Positions 1 to 10,961 are shown, counted from the first letter of the whole stretch. The stretch is DNA of 59,274 bases, filler included, from 5 parts of 5 records of this genome joined end to end with filler, not necessarily neighbours in it; one strand, 5' to 3'. A program made the numbers and translations. The notes: generated by a model not told the origin, from the sequence alone.

Positions 1-21
1 GTGTTAAAAAATGCAAACTCT

Positions 22-29
22 TACCTTTG
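22..29 (+). promoter_or_regulatory. Bacteroidota sigma-A -7 promoter element upstream of dxr
   Basis: TACCTTTG matches the TAnnTTTG consensus about 65 nt upstream of dxr. Confidence 0.5.
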
Positions 30-92
30 CAGGTTCAGCAAACGAGGCATCTAGCAGAATAACCGTTTGTTGCTTCCTTTTGAAGGGAATAT

Positions 93-1253
93 ATGGAAAT
101 GAAAAAACGAAACATCGCCATCCTCGGCTCGACAGGCTCGATTGGGACACAGGCCCTTGATGTAATACAAAGACATCCGGAAAAATTCGAAGTAGAGGTA
201 CTAACTGCCCAGAATAGCGCTGACCTATTAATCGAACAAGCCCTGGCACACAAACCCAATGCAGTAGTTATCGTCAATGAATCACTGTATCAGAAAGTCT
301 TCGATGCTCTGGATCCACAGGATATCAAGGTGTATGCCGGAGAAAATGCACTTGCTTCTGTTGTGGAAATGGAGTCTATTGATATGGTTTTGACTGCACT
401 TGTAGGTTATTCCGGACTTTTACCGACAATTAAAGCCATCAATGCTAGGAAGACTATTGCATTGGCAAACAAAGAAACGCTTGTGGTAGCTGGTGAGTTG
501 ATCACCAAACTTGCCCAGGAAAAAGGAGTGAACATTCTGCCGGTAGATTCGGAACATTCTGCCATCTTTCAATGTATGGTAGGTGAATTTCACAATCCCA
601 TCGAAAAACTGATTCTGACGGCATCTGGTGGTCCATTTAGAGGCAAAGACAGATCTTTTGTTGCCTCTGTCAAGAAAGAGCAGGCATTGAAACACCCAAA
701 CTGGGATATGGGAGCCAAGATCACCATTGATTCTGCCACCATGATGAACAAAGGGCTGGAAGTAATTGAAGCGAAATGGTTGTTTGGGGTTAATCTGGAT
801 CAGATTGAAGTAGTGGTACATCCACAGTCTATTGTTCATTCGTTAGTACAATTTGAGGATGGATCCATGAAAGCGCAGATGGGATTGCCTGATATGCGTG
901 TGCCGATTCAGTTTGCGATGAGTTATCCTGAACGATTCAAAGCAGACTATCCTCGATTTGACTTTTCAAAATACCCGAATTTGACCTTCGAGAAGCCCGA
1001 TACAGATACTTTTAGAAACCTTGCACTCGCTTTTTCAGTTGCAAAGGAGGGAGGCAATCAACCTTGCATTTTGAACGCTGCGAACGAAATTGCTGTTCAA
1101 GGATTTTTAGAGGATAGAGTTGGATTCCTCGAAATTTCGGAAGTGATCGAATCTTGCCTGCAAAAGGTGAGTTATATTCGCAACCCGGCATTGGAAGATT
1201 TTATACAAACGGATAAAGAAACAAGAGCCAAAGCGCTCGAATTAATTAAATAG
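93..1253 (+). CDS. dxr: 1-deoxy-D-xylulose-5-phosphate reductoisomerase
   Basis: LGSTGSIG, LANKE, PVDSEH, LTASGGPF, HPNWDMG and NKGLE motifs; start may be 99. Confidence 0.98.
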   Translation: MEMKKRNIAILGSTGSIGTQALDVIQRHPEKFEVEVLTAQNSADLLIEQALAHKPNAVVIVNESLYQKVFDALDPQDIKVYAGENALASVVEMESIDMVLTALVGYSGLLPTIKAINARKTIALANKETLVVAGELITKLAQEKGVNILPVDSEHSAIFQCMVGEFHNPIEKLILTASGGPFRGKDRSFVASVKKEQALKHPNWDMGAKITIDSATMMNKGLEVIEAKWLFGVNLDQIEVVVHPQSIVHSLVQFEDGSMKAQMGLPDMRVPIQFAMSYPERFKADYPRFDFSKYPNLTFEKPDTDTFRNLALAFSVAKEGGNQPCILNAANEIAVQGFLEDRVGFLEISEVIESCLQKVSYIRNPALEDFIQTDKETRAKALELIK

Positions 1254-2564
1254 ATGGAAACATTGATAATGGTAGGACAGCTGCTTCTAGGGCTGTCAAT
1301 TTTGGTAGGAGTGCACGAGTGGGGTCACCTGATTGCCGCTAAGTCGTTTGGTATGCGAGTGGAGAAGTATTCCATTGGATTTCCACCTAAAATATGGGGT
1401 AAACAATTTGGTGAAACTGAGTATTCCATTGGCGCTATTCCTCTTGGGGGATTTGTGAAAATTTCCGGGATGATTGATGAATCCCTGGATACAAAGACAT
1501 TAAGTGCCGAACCAGAACCATGGGAATTCAGAGCTAAGCCGGCATGGCAGAGACTGATTGTAATGATGGGAGGTATCATTGTGAATGTGGTAACTGGAAT
1601 TATCATTTTTATCTGTTTGGCCTTTGTCAACGGCGAGACCTACATCACGAAAGATGAGTTGAACAAACACGGAATTGTTGCCTACAACCTTGGAGAACAA
1701 TTGGGTTTTGAGACAGGAGATAAGGTATTATCTATCAATGGGAAAGATTATGATCGTTTCTCTGACATCATGAGCCCTGATATTCTTCTAGGTAGCGACA
1801 ACTACTACATTGTGGATAGAAATGGTCAGGAAGTTCGAATCGACATGCCCAATGACTTCATTGATAAGTTCGCAGATAAAAGAAATCGTGAGTTTGTAGT
1901 TGGTCCAAGACAACCCTTTTCAGTTGGAAAAATCGCTAAAGATAGCCAGGCAGAATTGGCGGGCATACAGGTAGGAGACCGCTTCTTGGCTATAAATGAT
2001 CAACCTATCAATTATTATGATGAACTAAGTCCAATTCTTGATTCATTGAGTGGCCAGTCTATCGTATTGAAAATTGCCAGAGGGAATGAAACATTGGATC
2101 AAACGATTCAGGTAAATGAGGACGCCACATTAGGATTTTGGCCTAAATGGGAGATCAATCTGACTCAACGTGACTTTGGTTTCGGAGAAGCAATTGGTCA
2201 GGGTACCTACAACGCATTTGCAGTTGTGTGGCTAAATATCAAAGGCTTCAAGAAAATGATTGCCGGAGATGTGGATGTGAGAAAATCACTTTCGGGTCCC
2301 ATTCGAATAGCTACCTTCTTTGGAGGAACCTGGGATTGGAACAACTTCTGGCGAATCGTGGGACTTCTTTCAATGGTCCTAGCATTTATGAACTTTCTAC
2401 CCATTCCAGCCCTTGATGGTGGACATGTGATGTTCCTGACATGGGAAATCGTAACCGGAAGAAAGCCTTCTGATCGATTCCTTGAAAATGCTCAGAAATT
2501 CGGCATGGTAATCCTACTGTCTTTGATGGCCTTCGTCATCGTCAACGACATTATCAGTATTTAA
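1254..2564 (+). CDS. rseP: RIP metalloprotease RseP (M50, PDZ domains)
   Basis: HEWGH zinc motif, NFLPIPALDGG motif, classic dxr-rseP order. Confidence 0.96.
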   Translation: METLIMVGQLLLGLSILVGVHEWGHLIAAKSFGMRVEKYSIGFPPKIWGKQFGETEYSIGAIPLGGFVKISGMIDESLDTKTLSAEPEPWEFRAKPAWQRLIVMMGGIIVNVVTGIIIFICLAFVNGETYITKDELNKHGIVAYNLGEQLGFETGDKVLSINGKDYDRFSDIMSPDILLGSDNYYIVDRNGQEVRIDMPNDFIDKFADKRNREFVVGPRQPFSVGKIAKDSQAELAGIQVGDRFLAINDQPINYYDELSPILDSLSGQSIVLKIARGNETLDQTIQVNEDATLGFWPKWEINLTQRDFGFGEAIGQGTYNAFAVVWLNIKGFKKMIAGDVDVRKSLSGPIRIATFFGGTWDWNNFWRIVGLLSMVLAFMNFLPIPALDGGHVMFLTWEIVTGRKPSDRFLENAQKFGMVILLSLMAFVIVNDIISI

Positions 2565-2594
2565 GCCATAGGATTAAAATAGTTTAGGTGGGTA

Positions 2595-2858
2595 TCATTT
2601 GTACCACACCCTGATGAACTGATACCACATAGAGGCATTTTGTCCATCTGCACCTAACATGGTGTCTTCACTACCTTCTTCCTCAGGATCATGGATATTG
2701 GGCAGTACTACTGTTTCGATATTCAAGACTTCAGGCTTGGTTTCTTCAATCCATTGGTTCATCTGATCCACGATTGCATGGAAATCTTCCATTTCGGTGG
2801 ATTTAAACAATCCGCCCTTCTTCGTGACCCTTGGGGTAAAGTCTTTGTTCTTTATCAT
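2595..2858 (-). CDS. small hypothetical protein
   Basis: 87-aa ORF (ATG at 2858) co-oriented directly downstream of the OmpA-family gene; no motif recognised. Confidence 0.7.
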   Translation of the reverse strand: MIKNKDFTPRVTKKGGLFKSTEMEDFHAIVDQMNQWIEETKPEVLNIETVVLPNIHDPEEEGSEDTMLGADGQNASMWYQFIRVWYK

Positions 2859-2900
2859 AATCAAGAGGTTAGGTATTATGATAAAGATAGATCAAGAAGA

Positions 2901-4895
2901 TTAAAAATCATTCGTAGTGTCCTCCTCAATGGGAGGAGCTTCCCTGTAAATTTCGAATTCTACACGTCGGTTCAGCTTTCTGTCTTCTTCCGTAATCTCA
3001 TTGGCTACAATTGGCTTTGTATCACCATATCCCTCTGCCTGTACCCGTTCTTCAATGATTCCGGCGAAGATTACGATATAATCACGAATGTTGTTGGCCC
3101 GCTCTTTTGATAGCTGTAGGTTTTTTTCAGGGTCGCCAACAGAGTCTGTGTGACCGGATATTTTCAGCTTGAAATCAATATTGTCATAGAGAAAATTGAC
3201 AACCTTGTTCAGGTCAGCATACATTTCGGTCTTCAACTCGGAATTCCCAACATCGAACTCAATGGATTCAAACTTCATTTTTGAGGCAAGAGGCTGAGTG
3301 ACCTGATTTAACTCCATTGGCCCATCCAGATAAAATACTTCTTCAATCCTGAAGAAATCATCGCCCTGCAAGATCAATAAGTAGTTGCGTTGATTAACAA
3401 GATCAAACTCGAAGGATCCGTCTTCCTTTAGAAATTTGGGAGCTACTTCTTGCCCCCGATCAAGGTCTATAATAGAGACAATACCCTGAAATGGTGCTCC
3501 GGTCAATGAATCGGTCAGGGTGCCTGAAACCGTAGTGGCAGCCTCAGGTTGAGCTTCCATTGGAAGGGGGAAAGAATAAATATCCTGTTTATCCAGATCC
3601 CTGGAAGATGACCGGGCGTAGAACAATAATTCAGATTTAGAATCAATGGTAAAGTAGAACTCACTTCCTCTGCCATTGACTAAGGGGCCAATATTTTGAG
3701 GCTCAGTCCAATGCCCGTTTACATTATAAGCCTTATAAATGTCGAACTCTCCGAAATTGTAAAGCTGTCCATTGGAGCTGAAGTAGAGTACTTCATGCAC
3801 AGGGTGATAGAAGGGACTAACATCATTCTTTCGGGTATTTATGACCGGGCCAAGATTAAGGGCGGATCGCCAGATGCCATTCTCATCGCGGGTGGTATAA
3901 TAAATATCAGAAAGGCCAAAACCGCCTAATCTATCTGAGGCAAAGAATAGGGTATCCCCTCCATGCGAAAGTGTTGGGTGGGAATCCCATGCTACACTAT
4001 TGATTCTGCTGCCAAGATTTTCGGGACGGGTCCATGTGCTGTCTTCCTGTAGCGTTGCAATGAAAAGATCACAATCCCCAAAGGAATCAGGAGACCCACA
4101 CCTTGAAAACACCAGGGTCTTACCATCACCACTCAAGCAAGGTGAACCTTCATTGTAATGTGAATTGAGTTTTTTGATCGGCTTGGCTTTAGACCATGTG
4201 CCAAATCGATCCATGTGACTAAAATACAGGTCCTCGTCCTCTATGAACCGGATGGATTCATCCCTACGCTTTCTTTTGGAAGTGAAAACAAGGATGTCAT
4301 TATGGATATTGAGAGAGGGACCGTAATCTGCACTGGCACTATTTACAAGCATCCCCATATTCAACAATACACCTCGTGGAGGTTGCAAAGTGTCTATCAG
4401 TTTTCGATGTTCAACAAGTTCGTAGTAGTAATCAATTGGAACGAATTGTTCTGCAGCTTGTCGGTTCAATGAATCGTAGTAAAGCTCTATCTCTTTAATA
4501 TTAATTCCCTCAAAGTGATGGCGCAATACCATCCGATATAAGGTCTTAGCTTCTTCAGGATCCCCGAAGAGTTCGGTCATTTTGGCCAGCCTCCAGATGA
4601 GCTTTGTGTCTTTATAAAAATTCCGAATCCCGAATCGACTTACATAATCCCTGAGTGCATGGTATAATTCTTCCCATTTCTCAGATTTATCCAACGCGAT
4701 AATGCGCTCTAGTTTTTGTTGGTCAAAATACTCCGGATATTTATTGACACCCTTGAATTCATAGATATTATACACCATCCCATTCGGGATGGAATCCGTA
4801 ATGATCTGTACTTCTTTCCGCTTATTTTGGGCTTGGCCCAGAGCGCAAAAAAAGATCAAAACAAGTCCCAGATGGCGATGAAAACTACGGTGCAT
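2901..4895 (-). CDS. PorE-like protein: signal peptide, helical N-terminus, PD40 repeats, C-terminal OmpA peptidoglycan-binding domain
   Basis: PD40-type repeats (LFFASDRLGGFGLSDIY, LYFSSNG); OmpA_C motifs GHTDSVG, NLQLSKERA, NRRVEF. Confidence 0.88.
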   Translation of the reverse strand: MHRSFHRHLGLVLIFFCALGQAQNKRKEVQIITDSIPNGMVYNIYEFKGVNKYPEYFDQQKLERIIALDKSEKWEELYHALRDYVSRFGIRNFYKDTKLIWRLAKMTELFGDPEEAKTLYRMVLRHHFEGINIKEIELYYDSLNRQAAEQFVPIDYYYELVEHRKLIDTLQPPRGVLLNMGMLVNSASADYGPSLNIHNDILVFTSKRKRRDESIRFIEDEDLYFSHMDRFGTWSKAKPIKKLNSHYNEGSPCLSGDGKTLVFSRCGSPDSFGDCDLFIATLQEDSTWTRPENLGSRINSVAWDSHPTLSHGGDTLFFASDRLGGFGLSDIYYTTRDENGIWRSALNLGPVINTRKNDVSPFYHPVHEVLYFSSNGQLYNFGEFDIYKAYNVNGHWTEPQNIGPLVNGRGSEFYFTIDSKSELLFYARSSSRDLDKQDIYSFPLPMEAQPEAATTVSGTLTDSLTGAPFQGIVSIIDLDRGQEVAPKFLKEDGSFEFDLVNQRNYLLILQGDDFFRIEEVFYLDGPMELNQVTQPLASKMKFESIEFDVGNSELKTEMYADLNKVVNFLYDNIDFKLKISGHTDSVGDPEKNLQLSKERANNIRDYIVIFAGIIEERVQAEGYGDTKPIVANEITEEDRKLNRRVEFEIYREAPPIEEDTTNDF

Positions 4896-5041
4896 ACTGT
4901 CGATTCGTCAGTAAAATTTTAAATCGTTTTTAAAGTTAACACTATTTGCCATGTGCTTTTACTTTGGCACAACGATTGACAAATATGTACCTTTCCCTTT
5001 ATTGGGGATATGTGCAAATAATCTGCCAGTATGGCATTTCT

Positions 5042-7510
5042 ATGGAAGACAAAATACATAAGACAGTTCTATTGCCGGAATTTATAGATGAGGATTCAGA
5101 TGAGTTCATTCAGGTGATTTCACCAGAAGATGGCCAAATTGATGATGCTAACCTTCCGGAAAACCTTCCACTACTCCCAATAAGAAATACGGTTTTGTTT
5201 CCTGGTGTAGTACTTCCAATCACTGTTGGTCGGACCAAATCCATTCGTTTGGTGAAGAAAGCCTATCGTGGAGATAGAATCATTGGTGTTGTGGCTCAGA
5301 AAAATGTGAAAACCGAGGAGCCTGAATTTAAGGATTTGCATGAGGTTGGTACTGTGGCTAAAATATTGAAGATGATAGTGCTTCCCGATGGTAACACTAC
5401 CATTATCATTCAGGGACAAAAAAGGTTTAAAGTAGACGCCTTTGTGCAGGAAGACCCACATCATATGGTGACTTATCACATCCTTCCTGATCAGTCTAAT
5501 ACATTGAACAAGAAGGAGCAAAAAGCAATCATTCAGTCAATGAAAGATACCGCTTCCAAAATCATGGGGTTGAGCCCTGAGATTCCTAAGGAAGCAAAAA
5601 TTGCTGTTGACAACATCAATAACTTCAACTTTCTTACCCACTTTCTGTCCTCCAATGTCAATGCTGAGGTATCAGATAAGCAGAAGTTGCTCGAGATGGA
5701 TGATCCAAAAGAGAGGGCCGAAAAATTACTTCAGTTCATGTTTAAGGATCTTCAGATGCTGGAGCTAAAACAAGAGATTCAGGAGAAAGTCCATTCGGAT
5801 ATTGATCAGCAACAACGAGATTACTTTCTACGGCAACAAATCAGGATTCTTCAGGATGAGCTGGGTCAGGATGGCCCGGATCAGGAAGTGGAGGCCCTCA
5901 GGAGAAAAGGAGATAAAAAGGACTGGCCTGATGAAGTAAAAATCCATTTCGAAAAGGAATTGGATAAAATTTCACGAATGAATCCTGCTGCGGCTGAATT
6001 TCCAGTTGCGATGAGCTACGCGGAGCTTCTTATTGACCTGCCATGGAATGAGGTAACAGAAGATAACTTTGATTTGAAGCATGCACGAAAGGTGCTGGAT
6101 CGGGATCATTTCGGATTGGAAAAAGTCAAAGACAGGATCATTGAGTACCTCGCGGTACGAAAGCTCAAAAAAGATCTAAAAGGGCCTATTTTGTGCCTAT
6201 ATGGTCCTCCGGGAGTTGGTAAAACCTCTTTAGGTAAATCCATCGCAGATGCGCTGAATCGAAAGTATGTAAGAATGTCCCTAGGCGGAGTACATGATGA
6301 GGCGGAAATCAGAGGGCACAGAAAGACATATATCGGTGCTATGCCCGGAAAAATCATTCAAAACCTCAATAGAGCTAATTCCTCGAATCCAGTCTTCATA
6401 CTGGATGAAATAGATAAGGTGAGCTCTGATTTCAGGGGAGATCCTTCTTCTGCATTATTGGAAGTACTGGATCCGGAACAGAATGCTACTTTCAAAGACA
6501 ATTATCTGGAGGTTGATTATGACCTTTCCAAGGTGCTTTTCATTGCCACAGCCAATTCACTTGACACCATTCAACCCGCGTTGAGGGATAGGATGGAGAT
6601 CATAGATGTCAGTGGATATACACAGGAAGAAAAATCTGAGATAGCCAAAAAACATCTTATTCCTAAGCAGCGAAAGGAACACGGGCTGAAGGCTTCAGAT
6701 ATATCTTTTGACAAATCAGCCATCAGCAAGTTGATCAATGATTACACGCGTGAATCAGGGGTGAGAAGCCTGGAAAGAAAGATTGCCGCAGTGATCAGGT
6801 CGGTAGCTAAATCGGTGGCGATGGAGGAGGAATACGAGTCCAAGATCAATGCCGAGAGAGTTCGGGAGATTCTCGGACCTGAAATTTTTGACAAGGATAA
6901 CTACGAAGATAATTCTGTGCCGGGGGTCGTCACTGGACTAGCATGGACACCTTCAGGAGGAGACATTCTTTTCATAGAATCTTCCTTGAGTCGCGGGAAG
7001 GGTAAGCTCACACTTTCCGGACAGTTGGGAGATGTAATGAAGGAGTCCGCAGTTGCTGCATTATCCTATCTTCGATCACATTCTGAACTTCTGAAAATTG
7101 ACCACAGGGTGTTCGATGCATATGATTTGCATGTGCATGTCCCGGCTGGAGCGATTCCAAAAGATGGCCCATCAGCTGGTATTACCATGCTGACTTCATT
7201 GGCTTCAGTTTTCACACAGCGAAAAGTGAAGAAACAAATAGCTATGACGGGTGAGATTACACTAAGGGGAAAGGTTTTACCTGTTGGTGGAATTAAAGAA
7301 AAGATTCTGGCAGCAAGAAGAGCCGGTATTAAGGAAATCATCATGTGCAAACGGAATGAGAAGGATTTGGAGGAAATAGATCAGAAGTACCTTAAAGGGC
7401 TGAAAATTCATTTCGTTGAATACGTACCTGAAGTGCTCGATATAGCGTTGACCAATCAAAAGGCTAGTAATCCAATCGAATTTATTTTACCTGAAGAAAA
7501 GAAAGATTGA
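5042..7510 (+). CDS. lon: ATP-dependent Lon protease
   Basis: LPLLPIRNTVLFP N-domain, GPPGVGKT Walker A, PKDGPSAG catalytic Ser; start reassigned to ATG 5042 (MEDKIH). Confidence 0.98.
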   Translation: MEDKIHKTVLLPEFIDEDSDEFIQVISPEDGQIDDANLPENLPLLPIRNTVLFPGVVLPITVGRTKSIRLVKKAYRGDRIIGVVAQKNVKTEEPEFKDLHEVGTVAKILKMIVLPDGNTTIIIQGQKRFKVDAFVQEDPHHMVTYHILPDQSNTLNKKEQKAIIQSMKDTASKIMGLSPEIPKEAKIAVDNINNFNFLTHFLSSNVNAEVSDKQKLLEMDDPKERAEKLLQFMFKDLQMLELKQEIQEKVHSDIDQQQRDYFLRQQIRILQDELGQDGPDQEVEALRRKGDKKDWPDEVKIHFEKELDKISRMNPAAAEFPVAMSYAELLIDLPWNEVTEDNFDLKHARKVLDRDHFGLEKVKDRIIEYLAVRKLKKDLKGPILCLYGPPGVGKTSLGKSIADALNRKYVRMSLGGVHDEAEIRGHRKTYIGAMPGKIIQNLNRANSSNPVFILDEIDKVSSDFRGDPSSALLEVLDPEQNATFKDNYLEVDYDLSKVLFIATANSLDTIQPALRDRMEIIDVSGYTQEEKSEIAKKHLIPKQRKEHGLKASDISFDKSAISKLINDYTRESGVRSLERKIAAVIRSVAKSVAMEEEYESKINAERVREILGPEIFDKDNYEDNSVPGVVTGLAWTPSGGDILFIESSLSRGKGKLTLSGQLGDVMKESAVAALSYLRSHSELLKIDHRVFDAYDLHVHVPAGAIPKDGPSAGITMLTSLASVFTQRKVKKQIAMTGEITLRGKVLPVGGIKEKILAARRAGIKEIIMCKRNEKDLEEIDQKYLKGLKIHFVEYVPEVLDIALTNQKASNPIEFILPEEKKD

Positions 7511-8499
7511 GGGTATTCCTAAGCATAATTTTGATCATTCCATTCATTTGCAATGGACAGCTAGGTGGGCAGGCGTCTTTTCAGACACTGAATCTGACTA
7601 CCAATCCACGTGCAGCAGCCATGGGAGGCTCCTCGATTTCTATGGCAGACGGTGATATATCTCAATTCTTTGAAAACCCATCTATTCTGGACTCAGTTGA
7701 TTCTGGAAATATTTTCTTTCATATCAATCCATATTTTGCCGACGTAAACGTCTACTCATTGGCTTACTCTTTTGATGTGAAGGGAATGGAGAATTTCGCA
7801 GCGGGACTGCATTATGTCAACTTTGGCTCATTTGAGATGAAAGATGAGACTGGTGCATCTTTGGGTGCATTTCAGGCTAATGACTATGTGATTAGTGTTG
7901 GAAAGGCGCATCAGCTTGGACTTTTTACCTTAGGAGTAAACCTGAAATTTGCACATTCTACTATCGACAGCTACTCTTCTTCAGCCTTATTGGCTGATCT
8001 CGGTGGCACATTCAGAATAAGCAAGAATTGGACTGTTGCGATGGTCTTTGAGAATATGGGTGGCAGGTTATCGGATTATACTGCATTTACCTCTTCACCA
8101 ATTCCATTTGATGTAAAAGTGGGTACTACTTTCAAACCGGAGTATATGCCTTTGCGTTTTACCGTCACAACTAGCAACCTTGTTGACAAGAATGAATTGT
8201 TGGCAGAAGAAACAACGGGAAGATCGAACTCAGCAGTTGACAATGTGTTGAAGCGCATTAATATTGGGGCGGAATTACTACTGAGTAAGAACTTTCAATT
8301 TCTGATTGGTTATAATCACAAACGAAAGCAAGAATTAAGATTGAATGAAACAGGAGGAGGGGCCGGATTGTCTTTTGGTCTGATGGTTCAGATCAGGAAG
8401 ATTCAATTGAGATACTCCAGAGCAACATATCATGCGGCTGGAGGAAGTAGTTTCATCAGTTTACAGACTAATTTGAAGGACTTTAAGAAGATTTTATGA
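7507..8499 (+). CDS. porQ: type IX secretion system PorQ/PorV-family beta-barrel protein
   Basis: Signal peptide, FQTLNL..PRAAAMGG N-terminal motif, GYNHKRKQEL; lon-porQ adjacency is typical of Bacteroidota. Confidence 0.8.
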   Translation: MRVFLSIILIIPFICNGQLGGQASFQTLNLTTNPRAAAMGGSSISMADGDISQFFENPSILDSVDSGNIFFHINPYFADVNVYSLAYSFDVKGMENFAAGLHYVNFGSFEMKDETGASLGAFQANDYVISVGKAHQLGLFTLGVNLKFAHSTIDSYSSSALLADLGGTFRISKNWTVAMVFENMGGRLSDYTAFTSSPIPFDVKVGTTFKPEYMPLRFTVTTSNLVDKNELLAEETTGRSNSAVDNVLKRINIGAELLLSKNFQFLIGYNHKRKQELRLNETGGGAGLSFGLMVQIRKIQLRYSRATYHAAGGSSFISLQTNLKDFKKIL

Positions 8500-9881
8500 T
8501 AGGGATAAAAAATGATTTAACACCTAAACAGATCGTAGAAGAGCTGGACAAATACATCATCGGTCAAAAAGATGCCAAAAGAAATGTGGCCATCGCCTTG
8601 AGAAATCGATGGAGAAGAATGAATGTGAAGGAGGAAATTCAAGGAGAAATTGTACCAAACAATATCCTATTGATCGGTTCTACTGGGGTAGGTAAAACAG
8701 AGATAGCAAGAAGGCTTGCCAAAATTGCAGATGCTCCATTCACCAAGGTAGAAGCCTCGAAGTTTACTGAGGTCGGCTATGTTGGAAGAGATGTGGAAAG
8801 CATGGTTAGAGATTTGGTGGAACAAGCAGTAAACATGGTGAAAGTGGCCAAGAAAGAGGAGGTCAAAGAAAAAGCAGCTGAGGTTGTAGATGCGATCATT
8901 CTGGATGCACTGATACCTCCACTCAAAGGAACCACTAACACCTATGCGACCAAAATAGGGAGTGATGAGCCAGAGAATGAAGTAGAACTCAATGAACAGA
9001 CCAGGGCTCGTTTCAGAGAGAAAATTCAAAATGGCGAGCTGAACGATCGCAAGATTGAGATAGATGTGACACAATCCTCCAATGGGAATGTTGGGATGAT
9101 TGGTGGAGGAATGGACGAAGCAAGCATGATCAATCTTCAGGAGATGATTGGCAATATGCTTCCTAAAAAGAAGAAGAAACGTAAAGTCACCATCGCTGAG
9201 GCCCGAAAGATCCTTTTGGAAGAAGAATCTTCTAAAATGATCGATATGGATGAAGTGAAAGATGAGGCTATTTTCAAAGCAGAGAATACCGGAATAATCT
9301 TCATTGATGAAATCGACAAGATTGCCAAAGGTGGTGATGGAGGCAAGGGGCCTGATGTCAGTCGAGAAGGAGTGCAAAGAGATTTGCTTCCCATTGTTGA
9401 AGGAAGTGCTGTGAGCACTAAATATGGAGTCATCAATACTGATCACATTCTGTTTGTGGCGGCAGGAGCTTTTCATTTTAGCAAGCCTTCTGATTTGATA
9501 CCTGAACTTCAGGGTCGATTCCCAATACGTGTTGAGTTGGATAACCTGACAAAAGCTGATTTTCTTAGGATTCTGACCGAACCCAAAAATGCCCTTACCA
9601 AGCAATATGAGGCACTGGTTGCTTCAGAAGAAGTAGATCTCAGTTTTCAGGATGAAGCGCTGGAAGAGATAGCAGAAATGGCTTTTCAAATCAACGAAGA
9701 AGTTGAAAATATAGGAGCCAGGAGATTGCATACAGTCATGAGCAAACTACTCAATGAGATTTTGTTTGATATTCCTGACACCATTGGCCCTAATGCCAAG
9801 ATCGTAATTGATAAGTCACTTGTCCAGGAAAAGCTAGCCGGATTGGTGAAGGACAAGGATTTGAGCAGGTATATACTTTAA
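8496..9881 (+). CDS. hslU: HslU ATPase subunit of HslUV protease
   Basis: LTPKQIVEELDKYIIGQ, GSTGVGKTE, FIDEIDK, GVQRDLLP, ELQGRFP and NIGARRL motifs. Confidence 0.98.
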   Translation: MIGIKNDLTPKQIVEELDKYIIGQKDAKRNVAIALRNRWRRMNVKEEIQGEIVPNNILLIGSTGVGKTEIARRLAKIADAPFTKVEASKFTEVGYVGRDVESMVRDLVEQAVNMVKVAKKEEVKEKAAEVVDAIILDALIPPLKGTTNTYATKIGSDEPENEVELNEQTRARFREKIQNGELNDRKIEIDVTQSSNGNVGMIGGGMDEASMINLQEMIGNMLPKKKKKRKVTIAEARKILLEEESSKMIDMDEVKDEAIFKAENTGIIFIDEIDKIAKGGDGGKGPDVSREGVQRDLLPIVEGSAVSTKYGVINTDHILFVAAGAFHFSKPSDLIPELQGRFPIRVELDNLTKADFLRILTEPKNALTKQYEALVASEEVDLSFQDEALEEIAEMAFQINEEVENIGARRLHTVMSKLLNEILFDIPDTIGPNAKIVIDKSLVQEKLAGLVKDKDLSRYIL

Positions 9882-9913
9882 TAAACCTGCCGTTAAAGTT
9901 TAAGCTTGAAATG

Positions 9914-10405
9914 TTAAGATGAAATTCCTTTAGGGAAATAGAAAAATGTCTGTTTCCCCATACCAAATTTCACCTCAGTCCAGCGGTTTACCTCAAAGTG
10001 AATTCCTACAATTCCACATGTAGGGATATTGTCTATTTGAAGATTGGCTAAGGCATTGGCTGCACTCGTAAAGCCCGGATTATGACCAAAAACAGCCAAT
10101 ATATCTGAAGAAGGAGCATTTTGAATGACATTCAGGATTTCATTGGCTCCCGCATGGAAAAGTGATTTTGTCAACTTTATTCTCCCCTCATCAATATTCA
10201 TCTGATCACAGATGTGTAGGGCTGTGTAGAAGGCCCGACTAGCAGTGCTTGAAATGAGAATATCCGGAGCAGGTTGGTTCTGATTAAGATACTGCCCCAT
10301 TTTTATCACGTCTCTTCTTCCACGTTTGCCCAAAGGCCTGTCGTGATCAGGTAGATCAAAAGCCCAGGAGGATTTGGCGTGACGGATGAGATAGAGTGTT
10401 TTCAT
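9914..10405 (-). CDS. SixA-like histidine phosphatase
   Basis: RHAKS, DHDRPL and GHNPG motifs. Confidence 0.92.
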   Translation of the reverse strand: MKTLYLIRHAKSSWAFDLPDHDRPLGKRGRRDVIKMGQYLNQNQPAPDILISSTASRAFYTALHICDQMNIDEGRIKLTKSLFHAGANEILNVIQNAPSSDILAVFGHNPGFTSAANALANLQIDNIPTCGIVGIHFEVNRWTEVKFGMGKQTFFYFPKGISS

Positions 10406-10529
10406 TCAGCTGAATAAAAATAGTGATTAATTCAATTTACCGTCTACTTGGAGTTGATGATGGCTCTTTTGTAAAGATCGAATTTAGTTAGCCGCTTATG
10501 ATTTATTAGTTTTATTGAAAACATAGCTT

Positions 10530-10937
10530 ATGGAATACTGGTTGATCAAAAGCGAACCAAACACTTATTCCTGGGACGATCTTGTCAAACTGGGAGTAGA
10601 TCATTGGGATGGAGTTAGGAATTTTAAGGCAAGGAACAACATCAAAGCCATGAAGAAAGGCGATTTATGTTTGTTCTACCACAGTGTAAATGAAAAATCT
10701 GTAGTAGGTATTGCTGAAGTAGTCAAGGAATATTACAAGGATCCAACTACAGATGATCATAGGTGGTACGTAATGGATGTTAAGCCAGTGAGGAAGCTGA
10801 AGAGACCTGTGACACTTGCTGAAGTGAAAGCAGATGAAAGACTTGCTGAAATGCAACTTGTACGCTACTCACGGCTTTCGGTTCAAAAAGTAAAAAAGGA
10901 GGAATTTGATATTATCCTGGAGATGAGTGAACGATAG
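10530..10937 (+). CDS. EVE domain protein
   Basis: YWLIKSEP, WDGVRN, FYHS and RLSVQ motifs. Confidence 0.95.
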   Translation: MEYWLIKSEPNTYSWDDLVKLGVDHWDGVRNFKARNNIKAMKKGDLCLFYHSVNEKSVVGIAEVVKEYYKDPTTDDHRWYVMDVKPVRKLKRPVTLAEVKADERLAEMQLVRYSRLSVQKVKKEEFDIILEMSER

Positions 10938-10961
10938 GGACAACCGAATTGTAATTGTTTT

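Noticed and set aside
4946..5041. N-terminal extension of Lon in the ORF track
   Set aside because: Starts at a non-ATG codon in promoter-like DNA; ATG 5042 gives a normal-length Lon.
8667..9605. 312-aa antisense ORF inside hslU, and similar shadow ORFs throughout contig 1
   Set aside because: Antisense shadows of well-conserved genes with no motifs of their own.
10530..10937. EVE domain as a modification-dependent defence component
   Set aside because: Stand-alone EVE gene in housekeeping context with no fused or adjacent nuclease.
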